From NCBI GenBank assembly GCA_033763315.1, contig JANRKS010000029.1, forward strand, positions 59,677 through 123,676: a DNA stretch of 64,000 nucleotides, read 5' to 3'. The notes under the pieces are model-generated. The model was not told where the DNA came from. It did no database searches and worked only from the letters and a program-made list of their open reading frames with translations. Origin of the DNA: Deltaproteobacteria bacterium. GTDB taxonomy: Bacteria > Myxococcota_A > Polyangia > Fen-1088. A program made the position numbers and the translations under genes. Positions 45,817 to 55,038 of this stretch are shown in pieces. The first letter of the stretch is position 1. Each line of letters opens with the position of its first letter.

Positions 45817-47175
45817 TTAGAGCTGGGGAACCGTTGTGTATCCAAGCTCGGCGTGGCCAGCGGCAATGTTGGTCACGTTAGGCGCACCGGACTGGTTCCC
45901 CGCCCCAGCTAGGTTGAGTCTCATGAACCGCGTTTGTATGCGGGTTGCGCCCGAAGAGGCTGCCGACAATAGTGCTGAATATGCAGCCGGCACGGTGATC
46001 TGAGTGGCACCGACCTTAACGCATCGAATACGAATGCTCTTCGTGATCGCGGCTGGGAATGAAAAGGGTGACGTGCCCAGGGGTGCATCTGTGGTCAACA
46101 ACTCAAGAACGCTTCCCACTGCCTGACCACAGTCTGCCGTTGAGTCACACCCTATTGTAAATGCGCTGCCATCTAAGGGGATCTGAGTGGGAAGGACTTT
46201 TCCACCCGCAGTTCCCAACGCGAAATCGTCGCCGATTCCACTGGCCAAGATAAACCCGGCGTTCGCCGGAAAAGCATCAAAGTTCGCACTCGTCGCTTTG
46301 GCAACCGTTAGGTTCTCGGTGTTCGTGAAAAAGGTATCGGCCGAAGCCCCTGGCATGGGCCCGGCGCCCGCGAGGGTCACGAACGTTGCAGATGCAGGCA
46401 GTGTGAGATTGATCCCTGCCCCTGTAGATACGACCACAGTCGTTGCGTTTACAATTGCCACAATGGGGAAACTCGAATTCAGCGCAGAGACTCCCGTGTT
46501 GGCAAGCCGAAGGTAACGTCCCACGTCTTCGGCTCCGAAGGTCGCGTTACCACTGGCGACAAATAGGCTTGAGGCCGCTGGAGCGCCGGTTGAAGTCAAC
46601 GAGCCGCCAACACCGCTGCTTGCTGTGTCGGGGCAGGTGTATCCAACGCCCGTTGTGAACAAACAGGGAGGAAACGCTGGCGAACCATCGGTTGCGGTGA
46701 TCTGAACCGGACCTTCGTCCGATCCCACGGTCATGGCCCATTGCGAAGGCGTGTATTGCCAGGCCTTGCAGCGGTCGAGCACGTTGGCGGATTCTTCCAT
46801 GAATGGCGCAACGATCTGCGCGTTTTCGTTGAACGCCACATGAAGAGAAACACCATAACCATCGACTCCCGGTCCTCGCATGTTCCGAAGGCGCACATCG
46901 AGAATTTCGATCGTTCCGGTGTGTGTGGCGACCAACGGAGGCGGTGCATCTGGCGCTCCGTCAGGGCTGGCATCAAGCGATGAAGCGGTTGGAACATCAA
47001 CGGTATCTGCGTCGTAAACAACGACATCAGCGGACACGTCAGCATTGAGGGACGCATCCATCGTCACTTCGGCCCCCGTATCAACACCGCCGATGGGCAC
47101 AAATCCGCTTATGCCGTCTTCGTCTTCGCATCCCAACAAACCCACGACGATCCCAACCAGAAGAACACGTTTCAT
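45817..47175 (-). CDS. Lipoprotein, unknown function (beta-rich, Thr/Ala/Gly-rich)
   Basis: MKRVLLVGIVVGLLGC lipobox; acidic DA-rich linker. Confidence 0.8.
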   Translation of the reverse strand: MKRVLLVGIVVGLLGCEDEDGISGFVPIGGVDTGAEVTMDASLNADVSADVVVYDADTVDVPTASSLDASPDGAPDAPPPLVATHTGTIEILDVRLRNMRGPGVDGYGVSLHVAFNENAQIVAPFMEESANVLDRCKAWQYTPSQWAMTVGSDEGPVQITATDGSPAFPPCLFTTGVGYTCPDTASSGVGGSLTSTGAPAASSLFVASGNATFGAEDVGRYLRLANTGVSALNSSFPIVAIVNATTVVVSTGAGINLTLPASATFVTLAGAGPMPGASADTFFTNTENLTVAKATSANFDAFPANAGFILASGIGDDFALGTAGGKVLPTQIPLDGSAFTIGCDSTADCGQAVGSVLELLTTDAPLGTSPFSFPAAITKSIRIRCVKVGATQITVPAAYSALLSAASSGATRIQTRFMRLNLAGAGNQSGAPNVTNIAAGHAELGYTTVPQL

Positions 47176-47244
47176 CGGCGGCGATCATATCTTAGCCTCA
47201 CGTTAAGGCAATTTTTCCCGGCGCGTCTGTTGGCACCGGTCGCC

Positions 47245-48651
47245 CTACCTCCGACCCGCAGCGATGACGGTCATCGAGTCGGTAAAGGATGATTCGCAGA
47301 TGCTGCGAAGGGTTCCTCCGAAAGCGGCTGCGAACGCACCCAACCGCAACGCTGGTGTCGCTGTGCCGTTGCTGGCAGCGCATACCGGCTGTGCGTCCAA
47401 CAGCGATGGCGTTGTCGGTTGCACGACGCTCGCAAATTTGTAGTCTGGCGCCGCCTGACCAGGCATGGCCACGCCACCCAACACCAGCACCTCAATGGCA
47501 CCGACTGGCTTACGTGACCGAACGCTCGCGACCAGATCGGTTACGGTTAACAGTCCCGACGGCGAAGGGTTCGCCACACAGCTCGCCAAAGGCGCTGCGA
47601 ACGTGGTCAAGGGCGGCTTGGCGCCGTTGCAGAGATGGCCTTCGATCGAACAGCGTAAGGATCCGCTTGTCCCCGGATAAGCCTCGGACGCAAAAAGCGT
47701 CGAGTCTGGTGCACCCGAACAATCGTCCTCATCGGTGAGCATAACCAGCATCAGGCGAGCGTCGGCACGGACGAAGCCGGCATTGTTGGGCGTCAGAACG
47801 GGATCCAGAGCCAACCGGATCGATTGCAGTTGATGCTCGAAGCCGCAACCCTGAGTTCCCATTTGCGCCAAACATCCGACGACCTGTGACAACTCACCTG
47901 TGAAATTCTTGTCCGAACCTTGTTGGCTGTATCTGACGAACTTCCCGTTCTCAAGGCCACAATTTGGAAGCACTTGAAGCTCTCCACGATCTCCTCCGGG
48001 GCGGTTACATGCAGGATTGCCGGAGATAAATGTGTCACCGGCGCCAACATCCGATGTGATGAAACCAACGTGCAAATCAAGAGCGGCACCGAAGCGTGTT
48101 TGCAACCCGGTCACAAACGTCGGCATCGCGGCGCGAAGAACTTCTTGCTCTTCTCTCATCGACCCAGAGTTATCAATCATGAACAGAACGTCGAGCTTGT
48201 TTGGTGAAAGCGGCGTCTGCGGCAGTTCATCTGCATCTAGGGCCATTGATGAATCCTGCGGCAAAGTACCCGCGTCCAATCCGGCGTGGCGCACGCAACT
48301 GCCTGCTTCGCAAGCGTAACCGGCGCCAATCGAAACACAGGCGGATGAGTCTTTGCACGACACGTGGCAAATGCCCTGGGTTGGGGCCTTCGCACCACAG
48401 ATGCCTCCAACGCTCACGCCACACGTGGCCGCAGGGTTCAAAGCGTTGCACATTTGCGTCGATTCGCACGGCAAGGTGCAAACACCGCATAAGCATTGCA
48501 GGCCATCGCCACAAGAGCTCGCGCAGGTCTCCAAGAAGTGCGATTCGCCATCGTTTCTCGGTGAATCCTCCTTGCGACACCCACCCAGCGACAACAAGGC
48601 GACCGCGCAAGCGAATGCACCCAGCAATAGAAAGTCCCTTTGCCTATTCAT
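47245..48651 (-). CDS. von Willebrand A (MIDAS) lipoprotein with N-terminal Cys-rich module
   Basis: Lipobox GGC; LDVLFMIDNSGSM (DxSxS), GCGFEHQL, LTDEDDCS. Confidence 0.88.
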   Translation of the reverse strand: MNRQRDFLLLGAFACAVALLSLGGCRKEDSPRNDGESHFLETCASSCGDGLQCLCGVCTLPCESTQMCNALNPAATCGVSVGGICGAKAPTQGICHVSCKDSSACVSIGAGYACEAGSCVRHAGLDAGTLPQDSSMALDADELPQTPLSPNKLDVLFMIDNSGSMREEQEVLRAAMPTFVTGLQTRFGAALDLHVGFITSDVGAGDTFISGNPACNRPGGDRGELQVLPNCGLENGKFVRYSQQGSDKNFTGELSQVVGCLAQMGTQGCGFEHQLQSIRLALDPVLTPNNAGFVRADARLMLVMLTDEDDCSGAPDSTLFASEAYPGTSGSLRCSIEGHLCNGAKPPLTTFAAPLASCVANPSPSGLLTVTDLVASVRSRKPVGAIEVLVLGGVAMPGQAAPDYKFASVVQPTTPSLLDAQPVCAASNGTATPALRLGAFAAAFGGTLRSICESSFTDSMTVIAAGRR

Positions 48652-49642
48652 CTGTCTTCTCCTCTGAAAGCTCGGTCACACATTGGCCAGCGTAGATGGT
48701 TACCTTCATGCGCTCTTGCGGCGCGGAAACTTGTTTGTTGTAGGCCTGAACCTTCGAACGCAGGCTCGAATTGCGTTCGCGAAATTCTTCCAGCGTGCGT
48801 AGAACTTCCGCTTCGTGTGGATGACCCGGCCAAATGTCAAAGGCGTAGGTGCTGCCACCTACGCGATCCCGCGAGTGGCTTACAGCGCCCTGCTCCAGCT
48901 TGATGCAAATGGTCTGAACAACTGAATGAAAGTGATCGTAGACAGACGCCTCCCATCCCTGGGCAGCACCCGCAGGCACCACGAACGAAGCTGCGGTGAA
49001 ATGGGCTGGCTCATTTGCTTCCGCTGGCAATCGACTCACGCGACCGTCGGCTTGCAAACGTGCAAGTACCTGTTCAAGATGCTTCGCTACGCCTGGAAAA
49101 TTCTCGGTGAGCTTAGGCAAACTGATCGGCCCTTCGCGAAAGACCAATGCCCACACCAATTCGTCGAGGCCGTCATCTGTTGCCGGCGCGGCGTCTTCGC
49201 CGGTGGCTGCATCCGCCACTCGGTAACGTGTGGCTCCCCCCTGGCCCGTTTTGAAGACCAATCCAGTTTCGGAGAGGTCGGCCAATACGCCTCGGATGAC
49301 CGTCGGATCGTCGGCACGAAATTTATCCAGGATTTCACCCTGAGCAATGGCGCGATCATTCGGGATGGCGGAGTAGACGGCCTCCCAAAGCGATCGGCCT
49401 CGGAACGTGCAGCTCTCCTCAAGCCTGCGTAACTTGCGTTGGTAGCTGCGCAAGGCGAGGCCAAACATATCGGCGCTGACCTTGCGGCTCACACCTTGCG
49501 CTTCAAGCTCTTTGGCCAGCTCAAGGAAAACCTGATTTGCAAGATGTGCCAAAGGCGCGCGAACACCGCCGCGCGTTGCAAGCTGTGCAATCAAGACGGT
49601 TGTCTGGCGCACGATGGCGTCGATCAGCAATTGGACATTCAA
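48644..49642 (-). CDS. Putative multi-HTH DNA-binding protein (DUF6502-like architecture)
   Basis: GAGGTG RBS before TTG; GVSRKVSADMFGLALRSYQRK HTH-like; wHTH-like VIRGVLADLSETGLV and LEQVLARLQADGRV. Confidence 0.65.
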   Translation of the reverse strand: MNVQLLIDAIVRQTTVLIAQLATRGGVRAPLAHLANQVFLELAKELEAQGVSRKVSADMFGLALRSYQRKLRRLEESCTFRGRSLWEAVYSAIPNDRAIAQGEILDKFRADDPTVIRGVLADLSETGLVFKTGQGGATRYRVADAATGEDAAPATDDGLDELVWALVFREGPISLPKLTENFPGVAKHLEQVLARLQADGRVSRLPAEANEPAHFTAASFVVPAGAAQGWEASVYDHFHSVVQTICIKLEQGAVSHSRDRVGGSTYAFDIWPGHPHEAEVLRTLEEFRERNSSLRSKVQAYNKQVSAPQERMKVTIYAGQCVTELSEEKTDE

Positions 49643-50293
49643 AGCACCACCTCAATACTTTGCTGCGACAGCAGCTTCAACAGAGAGTGCCTGCAGGCTC
49701 GGGGTGGCGAAAGCGACAAAAAGGTCACCCCGGTTGCCATGGTGAATCGACGCCGAGATGAGTGGTATTTACTCAGAAAGGAGGCGTGATCGACCCCAGT
49801 ACGGCGCGCGGCCCCATACTGTTCTTCGCGCCCCCACATAGCGGCTCAGACGATCCAGGACGCAGTTGATCGCAAGCAGACACACCGCTTTCAAGGGCCC
49901 CGGACATCAAATGGCCACGGCTTTTGCTCCCCGCCGCGCCAAAGTGTGCTGGCCCTGATGCCAAGGTGGTTGCGTATAGCCCAGGCTCGACCTCGTAAAG
50001 ACCTTCTGGATGATCGAAGGTTACCACGGGGATGCGGCCAATGTCTTTGCGAAGGTGCGAGATGTCGTGTGCGCTGAGGAGCCCGGAAGGAGAGACTTTA
50101 ACATCATCCACCACGCAGCCGCCGTCCGCCTGGATGCAATAGAACAACAACCGCACCCAAACCAACGTTGTGCCGCTGGCTTCCACATCCCTGACGAGGT
50201 CTTGATGTCATGCAGCCTCGACGCTGCACGGGAGATGCCATCGCCGCGGCGCCAGTTTCGTGACGCCGTTCCGATGATTGGTCGTCGTCTTGG

Positions 50294-50650
50294 CTAACGC
50301 TTGGTTTTGCCGTTGAGGGCGCGCGCTTTTTCGACGCTGGTGCCCGGCAGGTTCGCGAGGCCCCAGTCCCCGATCGCGCGCAGCACCGGGCGAAGCGATT
50401 CGCCTCGCGGGGTCAGCTGATAAGTGCCGCGCGCCTTGTGGGTCTCCGAAGCGGTACGTTCAACGAGCCCGGCGTCAACGAGGCGGCGCAAGCGTTCGGT
50501 AAGTACATTGGTGGCGATGCCCTCGGGCGACGCGAGGAACTCGTCGAACCGCTCCTTGCCTGCGAACAAAAGATCCCGAACCACGAGCAACGTCCAACGA
50601 TCGCCGAGGACATCGAGCGTGCACGCGATGGGGCACGGTGAGCGGCGCAT
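50294..50650 (-). CDS. HxlR-family winged-helix regulator
   Basis: RSPCPIACTLDVLGDRWTLLVVRDL, GIATNVLTERL, YQLTPRG. Confidence 0.95.
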   Translation of the reverse strand: MRRSPCPIACTLDVLGDRWTLLVVRDLLFAGKERFDEFLASPEGIATNVLTERLRRLVDAGLVERTASETHKARGTYQLTPRGESLRPVLRAIGDWGLANLPGTSVEKARALNGKTKR

Positions 50651-50672
50651 GGAAAGGATCTGCCGTGCTTCG

Positions 50673-50716
50673 CTTGCAAAGGCAAGGGCGGACGTGTATA
50701 GCTTGCAAAATGCAAG
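50673..50716. promoter_or_regulatory. Two CTTGC...GCAAG operator palindromes in the HxlR/cupin divergent promoter
   Basis: CTTGC-AAAG-GCAAG (50673-50686) and CTTGCA-AAA-TGCAAG (50702-50716, overlapping ATG 50710); TTGCAA-17-TATAGC promoter-like. Confidence 0.7.
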
Positions 50717-51150
50717 TCACTTCCAGCGAAACATTCTCTGTAGTGGAAACCGGCGCGACAACCGACTGGTCCGAGGCACAGTTCGAAATGCCTCGGGGGG
50801 GCATGGTGCCTGGCAAACAATTCCTTCAGGAGCGCCTGGGGCTCACCGGAATGGAAATTTCCTTCGGCGCGATGCCGCCTGGCGGGGGTATGCCGTTTTT
50901 GCACCGGCATCGCAAAAATGAGGAGCTATACGTGTTCCTCTCGGGCACGGGGCAATTTCAAGTAGATGGCAATGTGTTCGACGTGCGGCAAGGAACCGCC
51001 GTGCGCGTAAGCCCCGCTGGCCGCCGCGCCTACCGCAACACGGGTGCCGAACCGCTGGTGGTGATCGTGGTGCAGGCCCCGGCTTTCACGAACGCTGCAG
51101 CCACGGTCACGGATGGCGAGGGCGTGCATGAACAGCTGGTGTGGCCTTGA
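50710..51150 (+). CDS. Cupin_2 domain protein
   Basis: LGLTGMEIS, PFLHRHRKNEELYVFLSGTG, VRVSP. Confidence 0.9.
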   Translation: MQVTSSETFSVVETGATTDWSEAQFEMPRGGMVPGKQFLQERLGLTGMEISFGAMPPGGGMPFLHRHRKNEELYVFLSGTGQFQVDGNVFDVRQGTAVRVSPAGRRAYRNTGAEPLVVIVVQAPAFTNAAATVTDGEGVHEQLVWP

Positions 51151-51226
51151 TTGAACCCTAGGCCGTTTGCTCGCCGCTCTGCGTCCTCAGGGGCGCCAAG
51201 GCTTCTGCCGAAGCTAAGGTTGCTCT

Positions 51227-52651
51227 ATGTCTGACGCCGCCTTCCGACGAGCCGATCCACCCAAGGCCGCCGCCGAACAGTCTTTGCTTGGCCGCGGCGG
51301 TGAGTATTTGTTCCGTGGCGAGTTGGCCCAAGGAGGCATGGCCACGGTGCATCTGGGCTGCATCCGGGGCGCCATCGGCTTCGTTCGGGCCGTGGCCATC
51401 AAGCGGCTGCACGCGCAATACGCAAAGAACGAGAATTTTGTGGCGATGCTGATCGATGAGGCGCGGCTGATGGCACGCATACGCCACGCGAACGTCGTTC
51501 CGATCTTGGATGTGGTCTCACAGAACGAAGAGATCTATCTCATCATGGATTTCGTTCATGGCGTGCCGATGCATCGTTTGTTTGGTCGTGACCCCAAACA
51601 CTTGTGCATGCCGGCACCCATTGCAGGCGCAATACTTGTAGGTGCCCTGGCCGGTTTGCACGCGGCACACGAGGCGCGCGATGAGCAGGGCCAAGCCTTA
51701 GGCATCGTTCACCGCGATGTCTCTCCGCAAAACATCATAGTGGGCAAAGATGGCGTTGCTCGTCTGCTTGACTTCGGTGTGGCGAAGGCGCGGGGACGCC
51801 TTTCCTACACGCAGGACGGCGTGCTCAAGGGCAAGTTCGGATACATGAGTCCCGAGCAGTTGCGCGGCAAGGCCTTGGATCGCCGCAGTGACGTCTACGC
51901 CTGTGGCGTTGTTCTTTGGGAGGCGCTGGTAGGCCAGCGCATGATCGACGTTGGTGAAGATGGTGGCGCGATCTTAAGCGCCTTGGAAACCAAGATGCGA
52001 CCACCAAGTGCGCTGATGCCCGATGCCGCCGTTCTCGACGACGTCGTGCTTCGGGCGCTGGAGCCCGACCCTGCAAAGCGATTTGCCTCCGCGGCCGAAA
52101 TGGCTGCCGCTATCGAGCGTAGCGTGGCACTGGCGAGCCACGCGCAAGTGAGTGCTTGGGTGTGCACGGCTGGACATAAATGGCTCGAAAAACAAGTGCA
52201 CATGCTCGAGACCTTGGATGCGCAGGCTGCGCTTGAGTCGTCCGAACAAGCGATCACACCGCCGCCCGAGGCCGTCACGCGGAACGAAGTGGCCCCACTG
52301 GTTTCACAAATATCCAATCCTGTCCCGCAACGCCGTCGACCAACCTTGCGGTGGTTTGGTCTAGCGTTCGTCGTGGTGTCTTTGGTTGCGTTGGCGTTTT
52401 TGTCACGTCAGCCGGCGCCCGTGGCCGTTGCGCGAAGTGCGCCTTCTGTGCGTCCAAACTTCACCCGGTTGCCGGCACCCGCGCCGCCGCCAAGCCCGGC
52501 GCCCCTCGTCATTGTGCAGGACGTGCCCTCACCGGCCAAGCCCCGGAAACCACATGCAAGGCCAAAGGCAAAACCGGCCGATACCGCTTGCGAGCCACCG
52601 TACACAGTCAACGCCGATGGCATCCGGAAGTATAAGCCGCAGTGCCTTTAG
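51227..52651 (+). CDS. Hanks-type Ser/Thr protein kinase with TM and short C-terminal CxPPY...KxxC motif
   Basis: GGMATVHLG, VAIKRL, HRDVSPQN, DFGVAK, GKFGYMSPEQ; C-terminus CEPPYTVNADGIRKYKPQCL. Confidence 0.95.
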   Translation: MSDAAFRRADPPKAAAEQSLLGRGGEYLFRGELAQGGMATVHLGCIRGAIGFVRAVAIKRLHAQYAKNENFVAMLIDEARLMARIRHANVVPILDVVSQNEEIYLIMDFVHGVPMHRLFGRDPKHLCMPAPIAGAILVGALAGLHAAHEARDEQGQALGIVHRDVSPQNIIVGKDGVARLLDFGVAKARGRLSYTQDGVLKGKFGYMSPEQLRGKALDRRSDVYACGVVLWEALVGQRMIDVGEDGGAILSALETKMRPPSALMPDAAVLDDVVLRALEPDPAKRFASAAEMAAAIERSVALASHAQVSAWVCTAGHKWLEKQVHMLETLDAQAALESSEQAITPPPEAVTRNEVAPLVSQISNPVPQRRRPTLRWFGLAFVVVSLVALAFLSRQPAPVAVARSAPSVRPNFTRLPAPAPPPSPAPLVIVQDVPSPAKPRKPHARPKAKPADTACEPPYTVNADGIRKYKPQCL

Positions 52652-52691
52652 CTGTTTTCCTATGCGCCGATGTTCATGCGGTGGCGGAACG

Positions 52692-53495
52692 ATGAGGCCA
52701 TTTGTCTTTATCGTGGCGTGCGTACTCTTGGCGCGATTTGCGCACGCCAAAGACAATCTGTGCGTGAGCCAAGCGGAGAGTGCGCAAGAATGGCGCAAGG
52801 CCGGGAGGCTCCTTGAATCGCAACAGGCCTTGCGGGCATGCACAGCCGACGTCTGTCCAAAGGTCATCCGCAAGGATTGCCAAGTGTGGCTTGATGAGGT
52901 TGAACAAGAAGTTCCGAGCGTGGTGGTGCGCGTTGTAGACAAACAAGGCATTGACGTTCCCCTCGTGAGCCTTCGCATCGATGACAAGCCCATCCCAATA
53001 AATGCAGCCGTCTTGGCGATGCCGCTTGATCCTGGACCACACACGATTGGCGTCGCCACGCAGACTCACACACTGAAGCAGACTGTTGTGCTGCGCGTCC
53101 GCGAGCATGCGCGTGTTGTGACGTTCACCGAACCACGACTCGCCCCCATCGTCGCAGAACAGCCCATCCCACGTCCTCGCACCCGAAGCCAAGTTCTGCC
53201 GTGGTCGCTGTTGGCTGGGTCAGGTGCGGCGCTCGCAAGCTTTGCTTATTTCGGCATGACCGCCCGCAACGACGCCGAAGACTTGCGCTCAAGCTGCGCG
53301 CCCGATTGTTCGGACGACAAGGTATATGGCGTGAAATACCGGCTTTGGATCGCCGACGCCAGTTTAGGCGTGGGGATTTCGTTGGCCGCCGCCGCGACGT
53401 GGTGGTGGATTGTGGATCGTCGCCAAGAGCGGCCCCCGATTGAGCTGCGTGTCGCCGGGGATGGAGCCCACGTCATGTGGCAAGGCGCGTTCTAG
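52692..53495 (+). CDS. Secreted TPR-like/PEGA-like kinase-partner protein
   Basis: Signal peptide; C...AQ..R..G.L......C....CP..IRKDC..W; LDPGPH; C-terminal hydrophobic hairpin and terminal Phe. Confidence 0.75.
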   Translation: MRPFVFIVACVLLARFAHAKDNLCVSQAESAQEWRKAGRLLESQQALRACTADVCPKVIRKDCQVWLDEVEQEVPSVVVRVVDKQGIDVPLVSLRIDDKPIPINAAVLAMPLDPGPHTIGVATQTHTLKQTVVLRVREHARVVTFTEPRLAPIVAEQPIPRPRTRSQVLPWSLLAGSGAALASFAYFGMTARNDAEDLRSSCAPDCSDDKVYGVKYRLWIADASLGVGISLAAAATWWWIVDRRQERPPIELRVAGDGAHVMWQGAF

Positions 53496-53497
53496 CG

Positions 53498-54841
53498 CTA
53501 TTCGCTCTTGCGCGTTCGCGCGCGCAGCAACTGAAAGTAGCGCAGCGCAAGGCCCGAGGCCGCCGCGGCTTGCTTGACGCTGCCGCCATGCTTTTCGAGG
53601 ATCCTTTCCAAATAGCGACGTTCAAACTCGGCCACGGCCAGTTCACGCGCGCGCGGCAAAGGCAGATCGGCATCCAAAATGCTGGCGATGGCGCCATCGA
53701 TGCCGGTTGCGGTGGCTTTTGTCATGCCAATCCCCAACCCGATCTGCACGCCGTCACCTAAGGCCACACGGCGTGCCACGGTGTTTTGAAGCTCGCGCAC
53801 ATTGCCAGGCCAGGAATAGGTTTTGAGGCGCTCAAGAAAATCCTCTGGGATGGGTCTACCTCGGCCGGCGATCCGCGCCCAAAAATGCCGTGCCAGCAGC
53901 TCGATGTCGCCCCGGCGTTCGCGCAAAGGTGGAAGCTCAATGCGGCCGACCGCGAGGCGGTAAAACAGATCGTCCCTGAACCGTCCGGCTTGAACTTCAT
54001 TGTCGAGATCGCGCCGTGTGGCGGCCAACACCCGCACATTCACCGTGCGCCAGGTTTTTCCGCCGATGCGACGCACCTGATACTTTTCAAGCGCGCGCAG
54101 CAACTTCGCTTGTAGTTCGAGCGCAAGATCGCCGATTTCATCGATGAACAAAGTGCCGCCGTCCGCTTCTTCGAAGATGCCAGGGCGTGTTTCATTGGCA
54201 CCCGTGAAAGCGCCGCGCTCGTGACCAAACAGCGCCGATTCCATTAAGTTTGCAGGCACCGCCGTGCAATCGAACACCACGAAAGGTCCTGCGGCGCGCG
54301 GTCCCGCTTCGTGCAACGATTCGGCCAGCACCTCCTTACCGGTACCCGTCTCGCCTTCCAGCACCACCGGAACATCTGAGGCCGCCAAGCTATGGCACAG
54401 CGGGAACAAGCGTGTCATCGCATCACTGCCACCCACAAGCTTGCCGAACGTATCCGTGGCCGTGCGCTTGCTGGGCGTGGCACGCCGAGGCTCCACCAAT
54501 AAAATGGTTTCTCCCACTTCCACGGGTTGGCCACCGACGACGAACGCTTCCTTGATAAGCACGCCGCCCACCCGGGTGCCGTTGCGTGAATCAAGATCCA
54601 CCAAGCGCAAGCGGCCGTCGCACACTTCCATTGCGAGATGACGGCGCGACACAAGGCTGTCTTGCACCAATAGATCGCACGCGGGGCTATGGCCCACCAA
54701 CACGCGCGAAGGGCGGTGGGCATCCACCACCACCTGAGCACCGCGCGAGGCTCCCGTCGCAACGGTGACCACGAACTCCAACGTGGGTGAAGAAGCAAGC
54801 CTCTGCCGCAGAACGGTGCGAGGATCGGGAGGGGATGACAT
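53498..54841 (-). CDS. Sigma54-dependent enhancer-binding protein with N-terminal FHA domain
   Basis: FHA: VSRRH, DLDSRNGT; AAA+: GETGTGKE, FGHERGAFTGA, FIDEIGD, WPGNVRELQN; C-terminal Fis-type HTH. Confidence 0.95.
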   Translation of the reverse strand: MSSPPDPRTVLRQRLASSPTLEFVVTVATGASRGAQVVVDAHRPSRVLVGHSPACDLLVQDSLVSRRHLAMEVCDGRLRLVDLDSRNGTRVGGVLIKEAFVVGGQPVEVGETILLVEPRRATPSKRTATDTFGKLVGGSDAMTRLFPLCHSLAASDVPVVLEGETGTGKEVLAESLHEAGPRAAGPFVVFDCTAVPANLMESALFGHERGAFTGANETRPGIFEEADGGTLFIDEIGDLALELQAKLLRALEKYQVRRIGGKTWRTVNVRVLAATRRDLDNEVQAGRFRDDLFYRLAVGRIELPPLRERRGDIELLARHFWARIAGRGRPIPEDFLERLKTYSWPGNVRELQNTVARRVALGDGVQIGLGIGMTKATATGIDGAIASILDADLPLPRARELAVAEFERRYLERILEKHGGSVKQAAAASGLALRYFQLLRARTRKSE

Positions 54842-54972
54842 CAGGCGACCAACGTTCACATCGGCTTTGTCGCCCCCTGCCTTAAACCTTGGGGGCGGGC
54901 GCAAGCAGGGGTGATCGGTTGGATCAGGGGGTGTCTTCCTCGATCAGGTCGGCCGCACCGCGCGGCACAAGG

Positions 54973-54985
54973 AATCAACGACTTA
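54973..54985 (+). promoter_or_regulatory. IHF binding site
   Basis: AATCAA-CGAC-TTA matches WATCAANNNNTTR exactly. Confidence 0.7.
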
Positions 54986-55010
54986 GGCGCTTTCGCAGCG
55001 TCGCCGGCCC

Positions 55011-55026
55011 AGGCACGGCGCTTGCG
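55011..55026 (+). promoter_or_regulatory. Sigma54 (-24/-12) promoter of the DUF1552-DUF1592 operon
   Basis: AGGCAC-GGCGC-TTGCG with GG-N10-GC spacing. Confidence 0.8.
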
Positions 55027-55038
55027 ATGGGGAAGGTG

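Noticed and set aside
49773-50186. 137-aa minus-strand ORF
   Set aside because: No motifs, weak start; possibly a gene remnant but unsupported.
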